Positions 11,843-23,968 of a DNA stretch of 64,000 nt are shown here, piece by piece. Source of the DNA: Piedraia hortae CBS 480.64 (taxonomy: Eukaryota); the NCBI GenBank assembly GCA_010093745.1, contig MU005971.1, forward strand, positions 1-64,000, read 5' to 3'. The notes beneath the pieces are model-generated. The model ran no database searches, was not told the DNA's origin, and saw nothing but the letters and a program-made list of their open reading frames with translations. Position numbers and translations under genes: made by a program. Within the stretch, counting starts at the first letter, position 1. The number at the start of each line of letters is the position of its first letter.

Positions 11843-12916
11843 TTACATCCGCTTGATAACATCATTGACAACATCCTCCGTCGATGCCTTGCCGCCCATA
11901 TCCGGCGTCTGGACCTCTGCATCAACGAGATGCGCATCCACAGCCTCATTAATCGCGGCAGCAGCCTCCCCCTTACCCATAAAATCAAGCATAAGCGCCG
12001 TACTCCTTATCGTCGCAATCGGATTCGCAATCCCCTTTCCCTCGATATCCGGTGCGGAGCCATGACAAGGCTCTCCAATCACAAACTTCTCACCCACATT
12101 CGCCGATGGAACCACACCCAGACTCGACACGAACGCCGCCGCACCATCAGATAGAATATCCCCATACAAATTCGGCGCGACGATGACATCGTAATCTTCC
12201 GGCTTTAAAATCAGTTTATACAACATCGAATCGACAATTTGCTCATCGACAGAGACATTTGCGATGCGGAAGCGCTCCTGCTCCAGCGCCTGACGCGCCA
12301 CAGAGCGGAAGAGACCATCCGTCTGCGATAGCACATTACTTTTATGCGTAATAGTAACGCATGCGCGTTTGGTAGCTGTTTCCGGACGAAGGCTACGACG
12401 CCGCTCGGCAATTTCTCCTGCTAGGTTGGCGATACGGAATGTTGCCCGCTCGGTTATGCGTTTAATGGCTTCCGCTGTGCGACCTTCGTCGGCTTGGCCT
12501 TCGTAGGTCTTTTCTTCTTTAACGTAGAGGTCTTCAGTGTTTTCACGCACGATAACGAGGTCGATGGGGCTCGGATAGGCTGCTGTTGGGCGCACTGATT
12601 TGACGGGTCGCACGTTGGCGAAGAGGTCGAGTTGTTTGCGGAGGGCTACGATGGGGCTGCTGTAGCCTTTTGTGGGAGTCGTAGGGGAGCTGACGGCTCC
12701 GAAAAGTGCTCCATCACATTCTTTTTGGAGGGTTTCGACGGTTTTTTTGGGTAATGCGGCGCCGTTGGCTTTGAATTCTTCGAAGCCAGCTGCTAGTGGG
12801 ACGAAAGAGAATTTGAGGCCGAGGGATGGAGGGAGGGATTCTAGGACTTTGCGTCCGGCTGGTATTACTTCTTTTCCGATGCCATCCCCGGCGATTAGCC
12901 CGATTCGCAACGCCAT
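11843..12916 (-). CDS. LYS12: Homoisocitrate dehydrogenase
   Basis: [50 protein letters not shown] and [10 protein letters not shown]. Confidence 0.93.
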   Translation of the reverse strand: MALRIGLIAGDGIGKEVIPAGRKVLESLPPSLGLKFSFVPLAAGFEEFKANGAALPKKTVETLQKECDGALFGAVSSPTTPTKGYSSPIVALRKQLDLFANVRPVKSVRPTAAYPSPIDLVIVRENTEDLYVKEEKTYEGQADEGRTAEAIKRITERATFRIANLAGEIAERRRSLRPETATKRACVTITHKSNVLSQTDGLFRSVARQALEQERFRIANVSVDEQIVDSMLYKLILKPEDYDVIVAPNLYGDILSDGAAAFVSSLGVVPSANVGEKFVIGEPCHGSAPDIEGKGIANPIATIRSTALMLDFMGKGEAAAAINEAVDAHLVDAEVQTPDMGGKASTEDVVNDVIKRM

Positions 12917-13251
12917 CACTCTTTTTTTTTTTTTTGGGGGGGGGGGGTCTATGAGCAGCCGTGGATGTTGGCATTAGGTTAGGGCTAGCTGCGGCCCGCG
13001 CCGTCCGGGCGGACTTCAGCATTTGAATTTTTTGGCCGACGAAGGCAGCTTTGCCTCGAAGCCTAGTTCTTGAGCAAGGTCAAAGTGTATTGGTTATACC
13101 CTTAATGGCGGAATTTTTTTATTTTGTCTTTTTTTTTTTTTTTGTGGGGTGGGGGAGATACGCAACAATTTCCATTTGACAACAATCTGAATTTATTAAA
13201 TTGATGTGCACGCTACAAAAGACCACCTGTCGCCTACGAGTGGAACTTCTC

Positions 13252-14107
13252 ATGAACTTCAAAACTTTTCGCCCCCACGAGTTTCTTGACCTCCGAGATC
13301 TCATCTACATTGCGGATACGACAAGACGCAGATCCACATTCTCCTCCACAACTCGACTCAGCTGCGGTAGAAAGTCCACTGGAAGAGAAAGAGACAGGAC
13401 CAGCCTACGGAAAATCGTGGACTGGGTTCTTGCCACACCAGGTCCCTCCGAGGAATTATTATCTGGCTCATAGCCCATCATCGCGCAAACACTTCGCCAA
13501 AGAACTGTACTTCCCAGATCATACCTCAGCGCTTGAGGGACCTCGGATTTGGGAAAGCTGGGATAAAATATCACAGCCCTCTCTGAACTCGAGTATGACG
13601 AGAAGGCGAATGTCTTACACCATGCGAATTCCTACGCCCGCCAAAAGCGAGGATGGACGCAGCTCCATGCAACTCTCGACGACAATCTTCACCTCACAGA
13701 TGCCAGCCGTAATGGGAAGCAAATGGATCCACTGTCCCGGATGGAAACGTCGAGGTCCGTGAAGTTTGGCGACCCGATGGAAATAGATAAAATTTGCCCT
13801 CCCAGGAATTCCGGCAACGCGGAGAGGGAAACCTCGGCTTTACGTGCGGAGCTTCGGGCCATGGCTGGCGACGACGTCCAAGAGGGAGATGCGGACGCGG
13901 GCGGCCATGGGGGGCAAAGTCCCTGTCCTAAAGATCAGCATGATCCCGGAGTCTTGCTGGTGCCGGATCAAGCATGACTACCTGCACCGGTTCGATCAGC
14001 CGCGGATTGATCTGGTGACGTGTGTTGTTTGGGACTCTGGCCGCGGACTTAAGCTCGATGAACCCATGGACTTCAACCGCTATAAATGCTCATTTCGAAC
14101 AAGGTAA
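13252..14107 (+). pseudogene. Possible decayed gene of unknown family
   Basis: Overlapping short protein-like ORFs in different frames (MNFKTFRPHEFLDL...; ...KHDYLHRFDQPRIDLVTCVVWDSG) with no intact gene model. Confidence 0.3.
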
Positions 14108-14658
14108 GCGTACCTAGGATCAGATCAAATACAATAGAGAACACGTTCAACGCTCGATACATAACATGTGCATACAACTCCTCCTCATCATCCAAACATA
14201 AGTTTCCATCCCCACTGCCTTCATCTCGACGGATGAACTCATTAGAAGGGGAACAAAATGATAAAAAGAATGTTTCATTGGGGGCTCGCGATGCTATCGA
14301 CAAGCGGAGCCACTAGGTCAATGAAGATTTTGTGTACAGGGACAACTGGAATGGAGGAATTCATACATACCAAACAACTTTCGATTCCAGTAAAGGGACA
14401 GCGATGAATTACAGTCATAGGCAGGGAGAGAAAGCAGCGGTTCACACATCTACTTCCGCAACCGAGGCAAGGTCGTTTTGGGCAAAATGCGAGTTCGAAA
14501 AGTCTGCAAGTCTACATGTGTGACATGACGTGCACTCTCCTTTCTCTGAGGGCATCTTGGATAACGAGTTCAACAAGATTCTCATCTGATTCTGTAATCT
14601 GCTCTACCAATCAACCCAATCCACATCGTCCTGTGTACCCATCCCTCCCATCACAAAT

Positions 14659-16626
14659 CTAATACTTTCCCGACCCCCTGCTCAAACAACTAAACACCTT
14701 AATACACGGCGTATTCCCCTGGATCTTCAACGCGGAGAAAAGCGAGCTACACGGCGCGGAGCCCTGGACTTTCAGGTCCGCGAGGAGGGGCTGCATAAGC
14801 GGGCTCGTCGAAGTTTGATGCAGGGCGCCCAGGAACGAATCCACGGTACTCGACGTGGTAAGCGAAAAGTGCTTAAGCATATCATCGAGATTCTGACCGG
14901 CTTGGAGACCCAGACTTCCCAACGCGGGGAGGGGACTCGCGACGCTAACGCCTGCAACACCTCCATTAAGACTTCCCAGGAGGCTGACACAGGGGGTGTT
15001 GCTGTGGATTTGGAGGCCGGAGAGAAGGCTACTGACGCTGCTAGAGCTGGTGAGGCTTAGACTCGAGAGGACGGAGGAGACGACGCTTCCCTGGGTGTCG
15101 AGTTTGAGGGAGCCGAGGAGTTGGCTGATGGGACTGGATTCAGTGCAGCCGGCTTTGTTGAGGAGTCCGGAGACGTCGGTTGAGGCGGGGATGGAGAGGG
15201 ATTTGAGGAGGGAAATGTTCCCGCCTACGCCAAGGCAGTTGAAGAAATCCGTGATGGAGCTGTCTGCGGTGAGGTGCATGGCCGAGAGGAGTTTGTTGAT
15301 TTCGAATTGGGCTTTGAGTTGCAGGTCGCCGATCAGTTTGTTGATATCCGAGTCGCCGGAGAGGTGAAGGGTGCTGAGGAGGGAGTCGATCGTGCTGGTT
15401 CCGCTTAGTTTGAGAGAAGAGAGGTAAGCATTGACGGTTTGGCCTTGGCCGACACCCAGACTGGTCGACACGGGGGCTGTGTCCTGGACGGGCTTCTGGG
15501 GTCCGTAGAAGAGACCGCTGTACAGAGCCAGGGCTGGGCTGGCGTTGGTCAGGTACAGCTTCTCCAGAAGATTGCCGCAGGAGCTGGAGCCGTCGATCTT
15601 GAGCTTGGCGTACAGAGACGTGACGATGCTGCTCTTGGCGTCGATCTTTAGCTTGGCCAGGAGACTGGTGATGGTGCTCTTTGCGTCGAGGCCGAATTTC
15701 TGTAACAAGGTACCGCAGTCGCCCTTGACGCCGATTCCAAGGGTGGACAAAGGCGGGAGCGAGCAGGCGCTGGTCAGACCCGGCACGCCTCCGTGGAGAC
15801 CACCGATCAGAGTGAGAATTGGGCTGTTGGATGTCAAGCTGAGACCGGTGAAGAGGGCATTAATTGGGCTCTGCCCGGTGAGCTGCAGACCAGCGAGGAC
15901 GGTTTGAACAGCGCCGGTGTTGGCATCCAGCTTCAACTTGCCACAGAGGGAACTGATGGAGCTCGAGGTGGTGAGGCCAAACTGGGTGAGGGCACCACCA
16001 CAGTTGTGCGAAGTCTTGAGTCCGACGCTTCCGAGATTGGACACTTGGGATCCGGCACCCATGCAGTTGACGAGATCGGTGACGGAGCTAGTCGAGGAGA
16101 GCTTGAGGGCTGCGAGCAGACTCGAAAAGGAGCTTTGGCCGTTCAAGTTGAGCCCGGTGAGCAAAGCTTGCACCATGCTGTTGGTGGAGGAAAGCTGCAA
16201 GTTGCCCAAGAAAGAATCAATGGTGCACTTGTCAGTAAGGCCATAGGCCGAGAGCATGCCTCCAATCTGGTTTGTGGAAATGCCAAGGCCTTTCTGCAAA
16301 GCTCCCAAAAGAGCCTGAGTACGGCGTTCCTCGGGAGCATGCATGGTCAAGCCAGAGATAAGGTCATCGGCGGGGCTGTGGCCAGTGAGACGGAGACCAG
16401 TGAGCACCTTCTCGATGGGGGAGTCCTCATCCAGGTGCATATCCGACAGAGACTTGTGGGCTTCATCAGAGGTGATTTCCAAGCCATGCATCAGGTTCTT
16501 GACTGGCTCCGAGGGCGTAACCTCATAACGGGCCATGAGATCGTCGACATCCCCCTCGAAGTGGTCCTGCTTGTGGGCAAATACTTGGGCCGTGGCAGCC
16601 AAAGCATAGAGGATGTAAGCACGCAT
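14659..16626 (-). CDS. Secreted Leu/Ser/Gly-rich tandem-repeat protein, 655 aa, function unknown
   Basis: Intact intronless ORF with the signal peptide MRAYILYALAATAQVFA and seven repeats of about 90 aa. Confidence 0.88.
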   Translation of the reverse strand: MRAYILYALAATAQVFAHKQDHFEGDVDDLMARYEVTPSEPVKNLMHGLEITSDEAHKSLSDMHLDEDSPIEKVLTGLRLTGHSPADDLISGLTMHAPEERRTQALLGALQKGLGISTNQIGGMLSAYGLTDKCTIDSFLGNLQLSSTNSMVQALLTGLNLNGQSSFSSLLAALKLSSTSSVTDLVNCMGAGSQVSNLGSVGLKTSHNCGGALTQFGLTTSSSISSLCGKLKLDANTGAVQTVLAGLQLTGQSPINALFTGLSLTSNSPILTLIGGLHGGVPGLTSACSLPPLSTLGIGVKGDCGTLLQKFGLDAKSTITSLLAKLKIDAKSSIVTSLYAKLKIDGSSSCGNLLEKLYLTNASPALALYSGLFYGPQKPVQDTAPVSTSLGVGQGQTVNAYLSSLKLSGTSTIDSLLSTLHLSGDSDINKLIGDLQLKAQFEINKLLSAMHLTADSSITDFFNCLGVGGNISLLKSLSIPASTDVSGLLNKAGCTESSPISQLLGSLKLDTQGSVVSSVLSSLSLTSSSSVSSLLSGLQIHSNTPCVSLLGSLNGGVAGVSVASPLPALGSLGLQAGQNLDDMLKHFSLTTSSTVDSFLGALHQTSTSPLMQPLLADLKVQGSAPCSSLFSALKIQGNTPCIKVFSCLSRGSGKY

Positions 16627-17409
16627 GCTGGGCAGAGAAGTTGAACAAGTCTGTTGATTGATTCAAGGAAAGCAGATTGCCTTGGGATTTTCGGGAGGTT
16701 CTCGCCTGTCCATATACCATCGTCGGGGAAGCTCTCCTGCGCTAGTCCTCCCAGGCTATGAAGCTATGGCCTTTAAAAGGTCACCTCTTGGGCATGCGGA
16801 TGGTTGGGAGCTCAAACTGTGCGATCATGCGGTCGTTCTTTCTGAGACATGGCGTGAAAAAGGCCGCCGAATCATCCAAGCAAGTGGACTGCGATTTGAT
16901 GGCGAGCATGGCTGTCAAGAGAAATTGCTTCCTCGCTGTAGATGTAGTCGTCCACATGTACGGACAAAATTAGATAGACTCTTGATAGTGGGGGGCCGAG
17001 TGAATAGACTTGTGTACTCTGCTGCTGGAGAGTATTATGTAAGTGTTGCCAGGTAGCAGAACGTGGAGCTCTAAGCATTGCGTCGTCTGGTGGCGATTTG
17101 CGAAGCAATGGGCTCGTTTCAACGGCGAAACGGTCTCTTTAAGGAGCGCATTCCAACCACGTGCCTCTCAAGGACTGACTCGGCAAAGGTTTAGCACCTT
17201 AATATAGCCTGTCTGGAAGGGCAGTCATATGATGGCTGGCTGTACGCTAACCCTGAGGAGGTGTTGTCTCGATGTGACTGAGAGAGTTGAACGGGATCAA
17301 GTCAGAGGGCTGGAGTTGTTCTGCAAAGTAGAAGCTCAAGTTCGAACAGAAGCCACCAGCAGTTGAACGTAGAAGTAATTGCAAGCCGGGAGAGCCCAAA
17401 AGCCCCTGT

Positions 17410-18145
17410 NNNNNNNNNNNNNNNNNNNNNNNNNNNNNNNNNNNNNNNNNNNNNNNNNNNNNNNNNNNNNNNNNNNNNNNNNNNNNNNNNNNNNNNNNNN
17501 NNNNNNNNNNNNNNNNNNNNNNNNNNNNNNNNNNNNNNNNNNNNNNNNNNNNNNNNNNNNNNNNNNNNNNNNNNNNNNNNNNNNNNNNNNNNNNNNNNNN
17601 NNNNNNNNNNNNNNNNNNNNNNNNNNNNNNNNNNNNNNNNNNNNNNNNNNNNNNNNNNNNNNNNNNNNNNNNNNNNNNNNNNNNNNNNNNNNNNNNNNNN
17701 NNNNNNNNNNNNNNNNNNNNNNNNNNNNNNNNNNNNNNNNNNNNNNNNNNNNNNNNNNNNNNNNNNNNNNNNNNNNNNNNNNNNNNNNNNNNNNNNNNNN
17801 NNNNNNNNNNNNNNNNNNNNNNNNNNNNNNNNNNNNNNNNNNNNNNNNNNNNNNNNNNNNNNNNNNNNNNNNNNNNNNNNNNNNNNNNNNNNNNNNNNNN
17901 NNNNNNNNNNNNNNNNNNNNNNNNNNNNNNNNNNNNNNNNNNNNNNNNNNNNNNNNNNNNNNNNNNNNNNNNNNNNNNNNNNNNNNNNNNNNNNNNNNNN
18001 NNNNNNNNNNNNNNNNNNNNNNNNNNNNNNNNNNNNNNNNNNNNNNNNNNNNNNNNNNNNNNNNNNNNNNNNNNNNNNNNNNNNNNNNNNNNNNNNNNNN
18101 NNNNNNNNNNNNNNNNNNNNNNNNNNNNNNNNNNNNNNNNNNNNN
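17410..18145. other. Assembly gap (N run)
   Basis: 736 N. Confidence 1.
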
Positions 18146-18733
18146 CCCCGCGGGCTCAACGCCTGTGACCATTGAATTCCAAGCCCCCAACCCCCCCTTC
18201 TCCTCAAACTCCCCCTGCAACGCCAGCATAAATGCATGCGAATCCACAATCCCCGTGGTGCGCGACTCTAGCACCGCGTGCGCCCTAACCGCCGGCTCCG
18301 CAGCAACCTCCCCTTTACTCAAAAACCTCGTGGGAACACCAACCGCTCCCGCCCTCGCAGCAATTTCCTCCAACGCCTCCACCTCCCTTTCCGTCTGCGC
18401 GACGACCCACTTCCCGCATCGCCTGTACGGAATCCTCCTCCTCTCGCAGTAGGAGTACAGCAATTCCTTCCCGCGAACGCAGAGTTTTGATTTCAGAGAG
18501 GAAGGGGGATAGTAGATCCCCGCGTGGATGACTTCGGAGTTGCGGGAGGAAGTTTCGTTCCCGGGGGAGGGATGGCGTTCGAGGAGAAGGACCTTCGTGG
18601 AGGGGAGGGATTGAAGGTGGCGCGCGATGGAGAGGCCGATTACTCCGGCGCCGATGATGATGTGGGTGAAATCTGCTGGGGAAGGGGAGGAGGTGGAGAG
18701 GAGGCGACGTGGGGTATATAGACGGAAAGACAT
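18146..18733 (-). CDS. L-2-hydroxyglutarate dehydrogenase-like FAD oxidoreductase (3' part lost in the gap)
   Basis: IIIGAGVIGL FAD motif, ETSSRNSEVIHAGIYYP and TTGIVDSH, preceded by a mitochondrial-type presequence. Confidence 0.9.
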
Positions 18734-18880
18734 TACATATGAGAGGGAAAGGAAGGGTATTGGGGGCTAGGGTGGGGGGGTGGGGGAGGAGGAGGAGACT
18801 GGGGAAAGTGGTGTGATATGATACCTATGATGATTTAGGTGGGGGATGATATGATATGATATGATATGGATGGGAGTAAG

Positions 18881-20487
18881 TTATGTACGAAAATTCCACC
18901 ACCCCCCTCGTCCCTCCTCTACCACCTTCCCACTAACTTCGCGTCTACTACGAAGTTGTTGACTATCATCAATGTGCATCACGGACTCATCGCTAATATC
19001 CGCACCGGAACGGCTTATCACACGGCTTTTCCCGGATTGGTTGTTCCCGCCGAGGTTGCCGTAGCGTTTTTGGGGCGGCGAGCGGATTACCGTGTCTGAA
19101 TGGTTTAGTGCGGACGCAGGCTCGCTGTAGATTGATGAGGACATTGTTTGGGAACGCGACATGCCGGTCGTGGGTGTGGGCGGGTTCATGCCTAGTGGTT
19201 GCGGGACTTTGTTGACTTGTAGGCTTTCGCCGACTTCCTCGGCGGGTTCAAAAGAGTCGTGGCGCGGGATGGGTGGTCTGTCATCGGTCTTGGTGGCGTA
19301 GTACCTGCTACTCTTTGTTGAGGGCGCGTAGGTGAATTTCGAGTCTTCGTTGTCGTCGAGGACGTACCAGTTGTCGTCTAGTAGCTGGCGCTTGTGCTTT
19401 TCAGCTTCGGGCTGTGGTGCTGAAATTTCGCGCGTGAGGGGCCAGTCTTCTGCCTCTTCGTTGCTCGGAGGCGGAGGCTGTGGCTGGCGGGAGTACCTCG
19501 CGGGTGTGCGAGGTGTATAGGCCAGGGAGGTCTTGGATCCGACCCGGGAGTGTTCGAACGGTACTTGAGGGCCTTCGTCTTGAGCACTGCCCTCTCCATA
19601 ACCACCTAGTAACGACAGCTCCGAGTCCTTGTACTCGTGCTTGGACTTATTCTTCTTCTTCGGCCGGTCCAGCGGATTCATATCCGGCGGCAAATGAGAG
19701 ATTTTGCGAAACATGATCAAGAGATAAAGATCTAAGCCGCAGCTGATCAAGTGTAGACTGGCCAGGATGATGGCTCCAATGAACGTCACCAGCAGCAAGG
19801 TATCAGTGGCACTTTGGCCATTGAAGACTGACGTCCAGCGCCAGTTCCCGGGCTCCATCTCCCCGCCAGATTTATAGCGTGGGACGTCGAGCTGACGGTT
19901 GCTGTTAGTGGCAAGGGCAATGTACACGTACAGCGGGATCAGGCCCGTGTCCATGACCAAAGAGAACATGTGGTATGCCACACTGCTCCCCGGCGGCCGC
20001 GTGTTGGCCGGCCTAGCAAGATGATAAACTGCATACAGGTTGATGAGAGAGTCCCATGCTTGCTGCTATCGTCAGTCCTGTCGACAGCATGGATGAACGA
20101 ACTCACCGGAACCCTGATCAGAAACTTCTCGTAACCATTTGGTCCTTTGATGCAAATGGTAGCCACCAACAGACCCAACGCTGCAACCTCTTGGAGAATT
20201 CTCAGCCCAAATTGCGCCCATCGAACGCCGGCAATGACGCTCGAAGTGTTGGGTGGCAGTGGCTTGTATGCATGCTGGCTACCATGGACGGGAACGTGGC
20301 TGTCTGGGTGTTGATTGAAATTGATCAACGGACCAGTTTGTTTCTTGGGCGGCGAGTTCCTGTTGACAGCCCGCCTGGCAGCATACGATGCCTGGGTTAC
20401 GGCCTTGGGATTGAATTCGGAATAAGGATAGGCGAGTTGTCGATGAGTGGGATGGGTGTAAATGTAAGGTGGTTCACTGCCGCCCAT
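18881..20487 (-). CDS. Fungal hypothetical membrane protein (about 4 TM plus disordered tail; intron about 20063-20106)
   Basis: MGGSEPPYIY...PLINFNQHPDS exon; hydrophobic segments; FRKISHLPPDMNPL; terminal REVSGKVVEEGR. Confidence 0.75.
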
Positions 20488-20811
20488 GACTGGAGTTGCA
20501 AGAAGAAGGTGGAGAGATTGACGGCCGGGCACCCTCCATTATGTGGTCGGCGGAATGCAGCCGTTGAATGGGTTTGTTGACGACAGTTGCCATCGCAACT
20601 GACGCTACCCCGCAGGACGCCTCGCCGGCTGAGCCTCCGATTGGCCAGAGACATTTTACGAAAATAGGGCAATTACTTTCCAGTGTTTACCTGCTCTTTG
20701 AAGACGGTTCAGTACATGTACAGTCTAGTATACAGTCTAGGTATCGCCTAGCAAGCCCAGCACACACCACGATACACTCCGGAGTACAGCTGAGGATACA
20801 GCCGAAAACAC

Positions 20812-20813
<2 letters not shown>

Positions 20814-20862
<49 letters not shown>
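20814..20862. repeat. Poly-C tract of 49 nt (poly-G on the PRS1 sense strand)
   Basis: Directly visible, 12 nt past the PRS1 stop codon. Confidence 0.95.
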
Positions 20863-20863
<1 letters not shown>

Positions 20864-20874
20864 ATACCTCCCCC

Positions 20875-22407
20875 CTAGTCAAAATAATGAGCCAGTTGAC
20901 TGATGGATTCCCCATGATGATTTCGGCGAATTGCTTCGGCCAGCAAGTTGTCGACCGGCAGGATGATCAACTTGTTCGACAACCGTTTCTTCTCTTCCGG
21001 AATCGGAAATGCGTTGGTGACAACAATGTACGTGACTTGTTCACACTCTTCCAGTTCCTCGAGACTGCCGTTTCCGAATAGACCGTGAGTGGCCATGCAA
21101 TACACCTTTTTGGCGCCGCCTCGCTTGACCACCGTCTCGGCCGCTGCGATCCAGGACCCCGCTTGGTCAATCATGTCATCGACAATAAACACGTCCTTGT
21201 CCTTCACATTCCCGATGAGAGTGACCGTATGCTCCATCTCTGGATCCTTTAGCGCCTCTTCCTCTTCGTCGTCAGAGTTAGCTGCGTCTGCCGTTCCGCC
21301 CAAGGCCTTCAGCGATGACGCTACTCGCGAATTGGCTGACATCCCCGACACTATGCTCTGCATCATAGACTCCGGTACATGTTCCTCGTCGCTGCTCGAA
21401 CAACGTGCTGAGGTAGCCGAGTGGGTCGGAGATGGGGCATCGTCATCCACAATGTGGCCATGAATAAGTCGACCGGTAACAACTTCCTTGGGCCCATCTT
21501 CTCCATCGTCTTGGTCAGCTTCACCGTTGCCCTTGATATAGCTGGCCATGGCCTTGATCTGACTCCGCGATTTGTGGTTAATCGTGGACCAGAGGCGACC
21601 CCTACTGCCGAGAGCAAAATCCTGTTCAGTAGGCGCAGCGTCGGAAGATGCACGCGCCTCCAGCTTCTCCACGACGCTACAACTGAGTAGAGAGCTAGAG
21701 TTCATGCCATTCGAAGTATGCGGTCGGCGCTTCTCCGTCGTCACGATACCGAAGCCAAGCTTAAGAGCGTCCGCTAATGATGTGGCTCGCTTGGTTCCGC
21801 CCGGATTTTTGCTGACGACAACGCCCTCGGACCAGTTCGGCACATTCAGCTTGATCCATCTGACCAAAAGCGGCTCGGCAAACAGATTGTCGACCGGGCA
21901 TTTGAAAAACCCTTGCATCTGGCTTGCATGGAGGTCGATTGTGATGACATGGGAGACACCGGCCACATCAAGGAGGTTAGCAATCATGCGGGCGGTAATA
22001 GCTCCTCTATGAGTCTTCTTCTTCGACTGTCGAGAGTACGGAAAGTACGGCATTACCGCTTGGATTCATCAGCCCTCGCTCTTGACAATCATTTTCAATC
22101 TTACCTGTTACGCTGCGAGACGAGCCTCCCTTGCATGCGGCAATCATGATGAGCAGTTCCATGATGCTGTCATTGATCTGACTGGTGCCGCTCTGTACTA
22201 TAAAAACATCCCGGTCACGCACCGACGTTTCTGCCTCTGGTTAGTTGTGCACAACCTTTGGTCGACGTGCTTACGGATCTCCACGCTCGTCTCGCCATTC
22301 GCGAATTTCTTCAGCTGAACTTTACTGGGCGCGCAAGCAAGACGTTCGCATATCGAATCAACGAGTCGCGGGTGGGATGAGCCGCTGAAGATGCACGTTC
22401 CTCTCAT
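20875..22407 (-). CDS. PRS1: Ribose-phosphate pyrophosphokinase, Prs1-type with a long internal insertion (2 introns)
   Basis: [46 protein letters not shown] and FIVDDMID. Confidence 0.93.
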
Positions 22408-22689
22408 GGCGAGCTACACCCGTTGGACTACACGGTCGTGCAAGTTATTGTTAGATAGTCACGCACAGTTGGGCACATTTCCACCGCGCACCGCAAAATG
22501 GAAGCTAGTGGTGGCTTGACAGTTGCTGACTAAGGTGGGGCCCGACCCCTCGTTCGTCCGACCTCCCGCAATGCGCTCCAGTGCGGCTCTATATCTACCG
22601 AATCAGCATACAATTTGAGAATAGGTTCACTACTCGATACGTCATCAATACCGCCGCGCATTTCCCCTCACATCCGACCACAGTCTCTC

Positions 22690-23662
22690 CTAGTTCGCCT
22701 TCTTCGGAGCCGCCGAAGCCCCGCCGAGATAACGGTTCAGATCAGTTTGATCGTGCACCTGTTTCATGACGCCCTTGAAGCTCTGCCAGCCAGACCTTGC
22801 AGCCGGGGGCACGTCCTGGCGTTGGCACAGCTCATCGCCCTTAGCCCCGAGTTGACGCAGCATGCTCTGCACAAACGCGCTCTGGGAGATCCTTGCCCTC
22901 AAAAACACCGTGTAGATAAGCAGCAGAACCCAGCTACCACGACGGAACAATAAAGCCGATCCGAGTATACGGAACCACAGCGCGAGTTCCAGGCCAGCCA
23001 CAAGAGTCATAGCAATGTCATAGTAATCTTTGATGAAGCGGCCAATCTGCTCGCCCAATCCAGACTTTTGCGCAGCCGTCGTCGAAGTCTGAGGCTGGAG
23101 CGCAGGGAGGAGAATGCCACGCGTATACGTGGCTATGTGAAAGACGCTGAAGACGGCAAAGGGCAGGATGGCGAGAGCTGTCTGGCGGGAGATGAGCCAG
23201 ATGATGGCCATAACTGTGAAGTTCAAGTCAGACAACGGTGACACATCAACATAACAAACTTACTCAGATACTGGACATTCTCGTCCGCAAGCATCTGCAC
23301 AGGCGGTACAGGCGCCCTTCCACTCTTCTGACGAGCGCGGTATCCCTTATAGACTACTATTCCATACGTCACTGCGGCCGCGAGACAGGCAGTGCGATAA
23401 GAGAGCTTGGCCCAGCGGCTGCTGAAGTTGAACGTAAGGTAACTCAACCCAAAGCGCAGCGTGCAGAGAAGGAGGGTGACATGGCCGCAGAACCAGGCGA
23501 ACTGTAGCGTCTCTAATGGCTGTCAGTACCCAATCATGTGCCACGTCAATTGTCGAACGTACGGGCAAGCTTCATCAGACGAGCTTGGAGCGGCTCGGTT
23601 CCGGCGCTGTTGACGCTCGCACCGGTTGCGCTTGTTCCAGTGCTCGTACGAGAAGATGCCAT
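22690..23662 (-). CDS. POM33: Nucleoporin Pom33/TMEM33 (2 introns)
   Basis: AAAVTYGIVVYK, LADENVQYL and ILPFAVFSVFHIATYTR. Confidence 0.88.
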
Positions 23663-23779
23663 GGTTGGAAGCGCGGGTGGTGGGCGAGTGTTGTTGGGAG
23701 GGGCGTCTGTGTGCCAAGGTAACGGGAAAAAGAAGAGCAGCCAGTGACGCAATGGCGTTTTCCCACCTCAGTGCGGCCG

Positions 23780-23838
23780 NNNNNNNNNNNNNNNNNNNNN
23801 NNNNNNNNNNNNNNNNNNNNNNNNNNNNNNNNNNNNNN
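23780..23838. other. Assembly gap
   Basis: 59 N. Confidence 1.
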
Positions 23839-23968
23839 GGGGCACATGTGCGTCATCAAACATGTCATCATCACGGTGACAGCATGGGTCTTATCATGCC
23901 AGAATCACAATTTTGCCATAGATACAGAACAATACGATGCATAAAACATACCCATTCACTTTCGCCAT

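Noticed and set aside
12714..13022. Upstream ATG ORF through the C/A homopolymers as a LYS12 presequence
   Set aside because: It is out of frame with LYS12, and MALRIGL is a plausible start. A homopolymer length error cannot be excluded.
17302..18452. Long ORFs in the ORF track
   Set aside because: Artefacts of translating the N gap.
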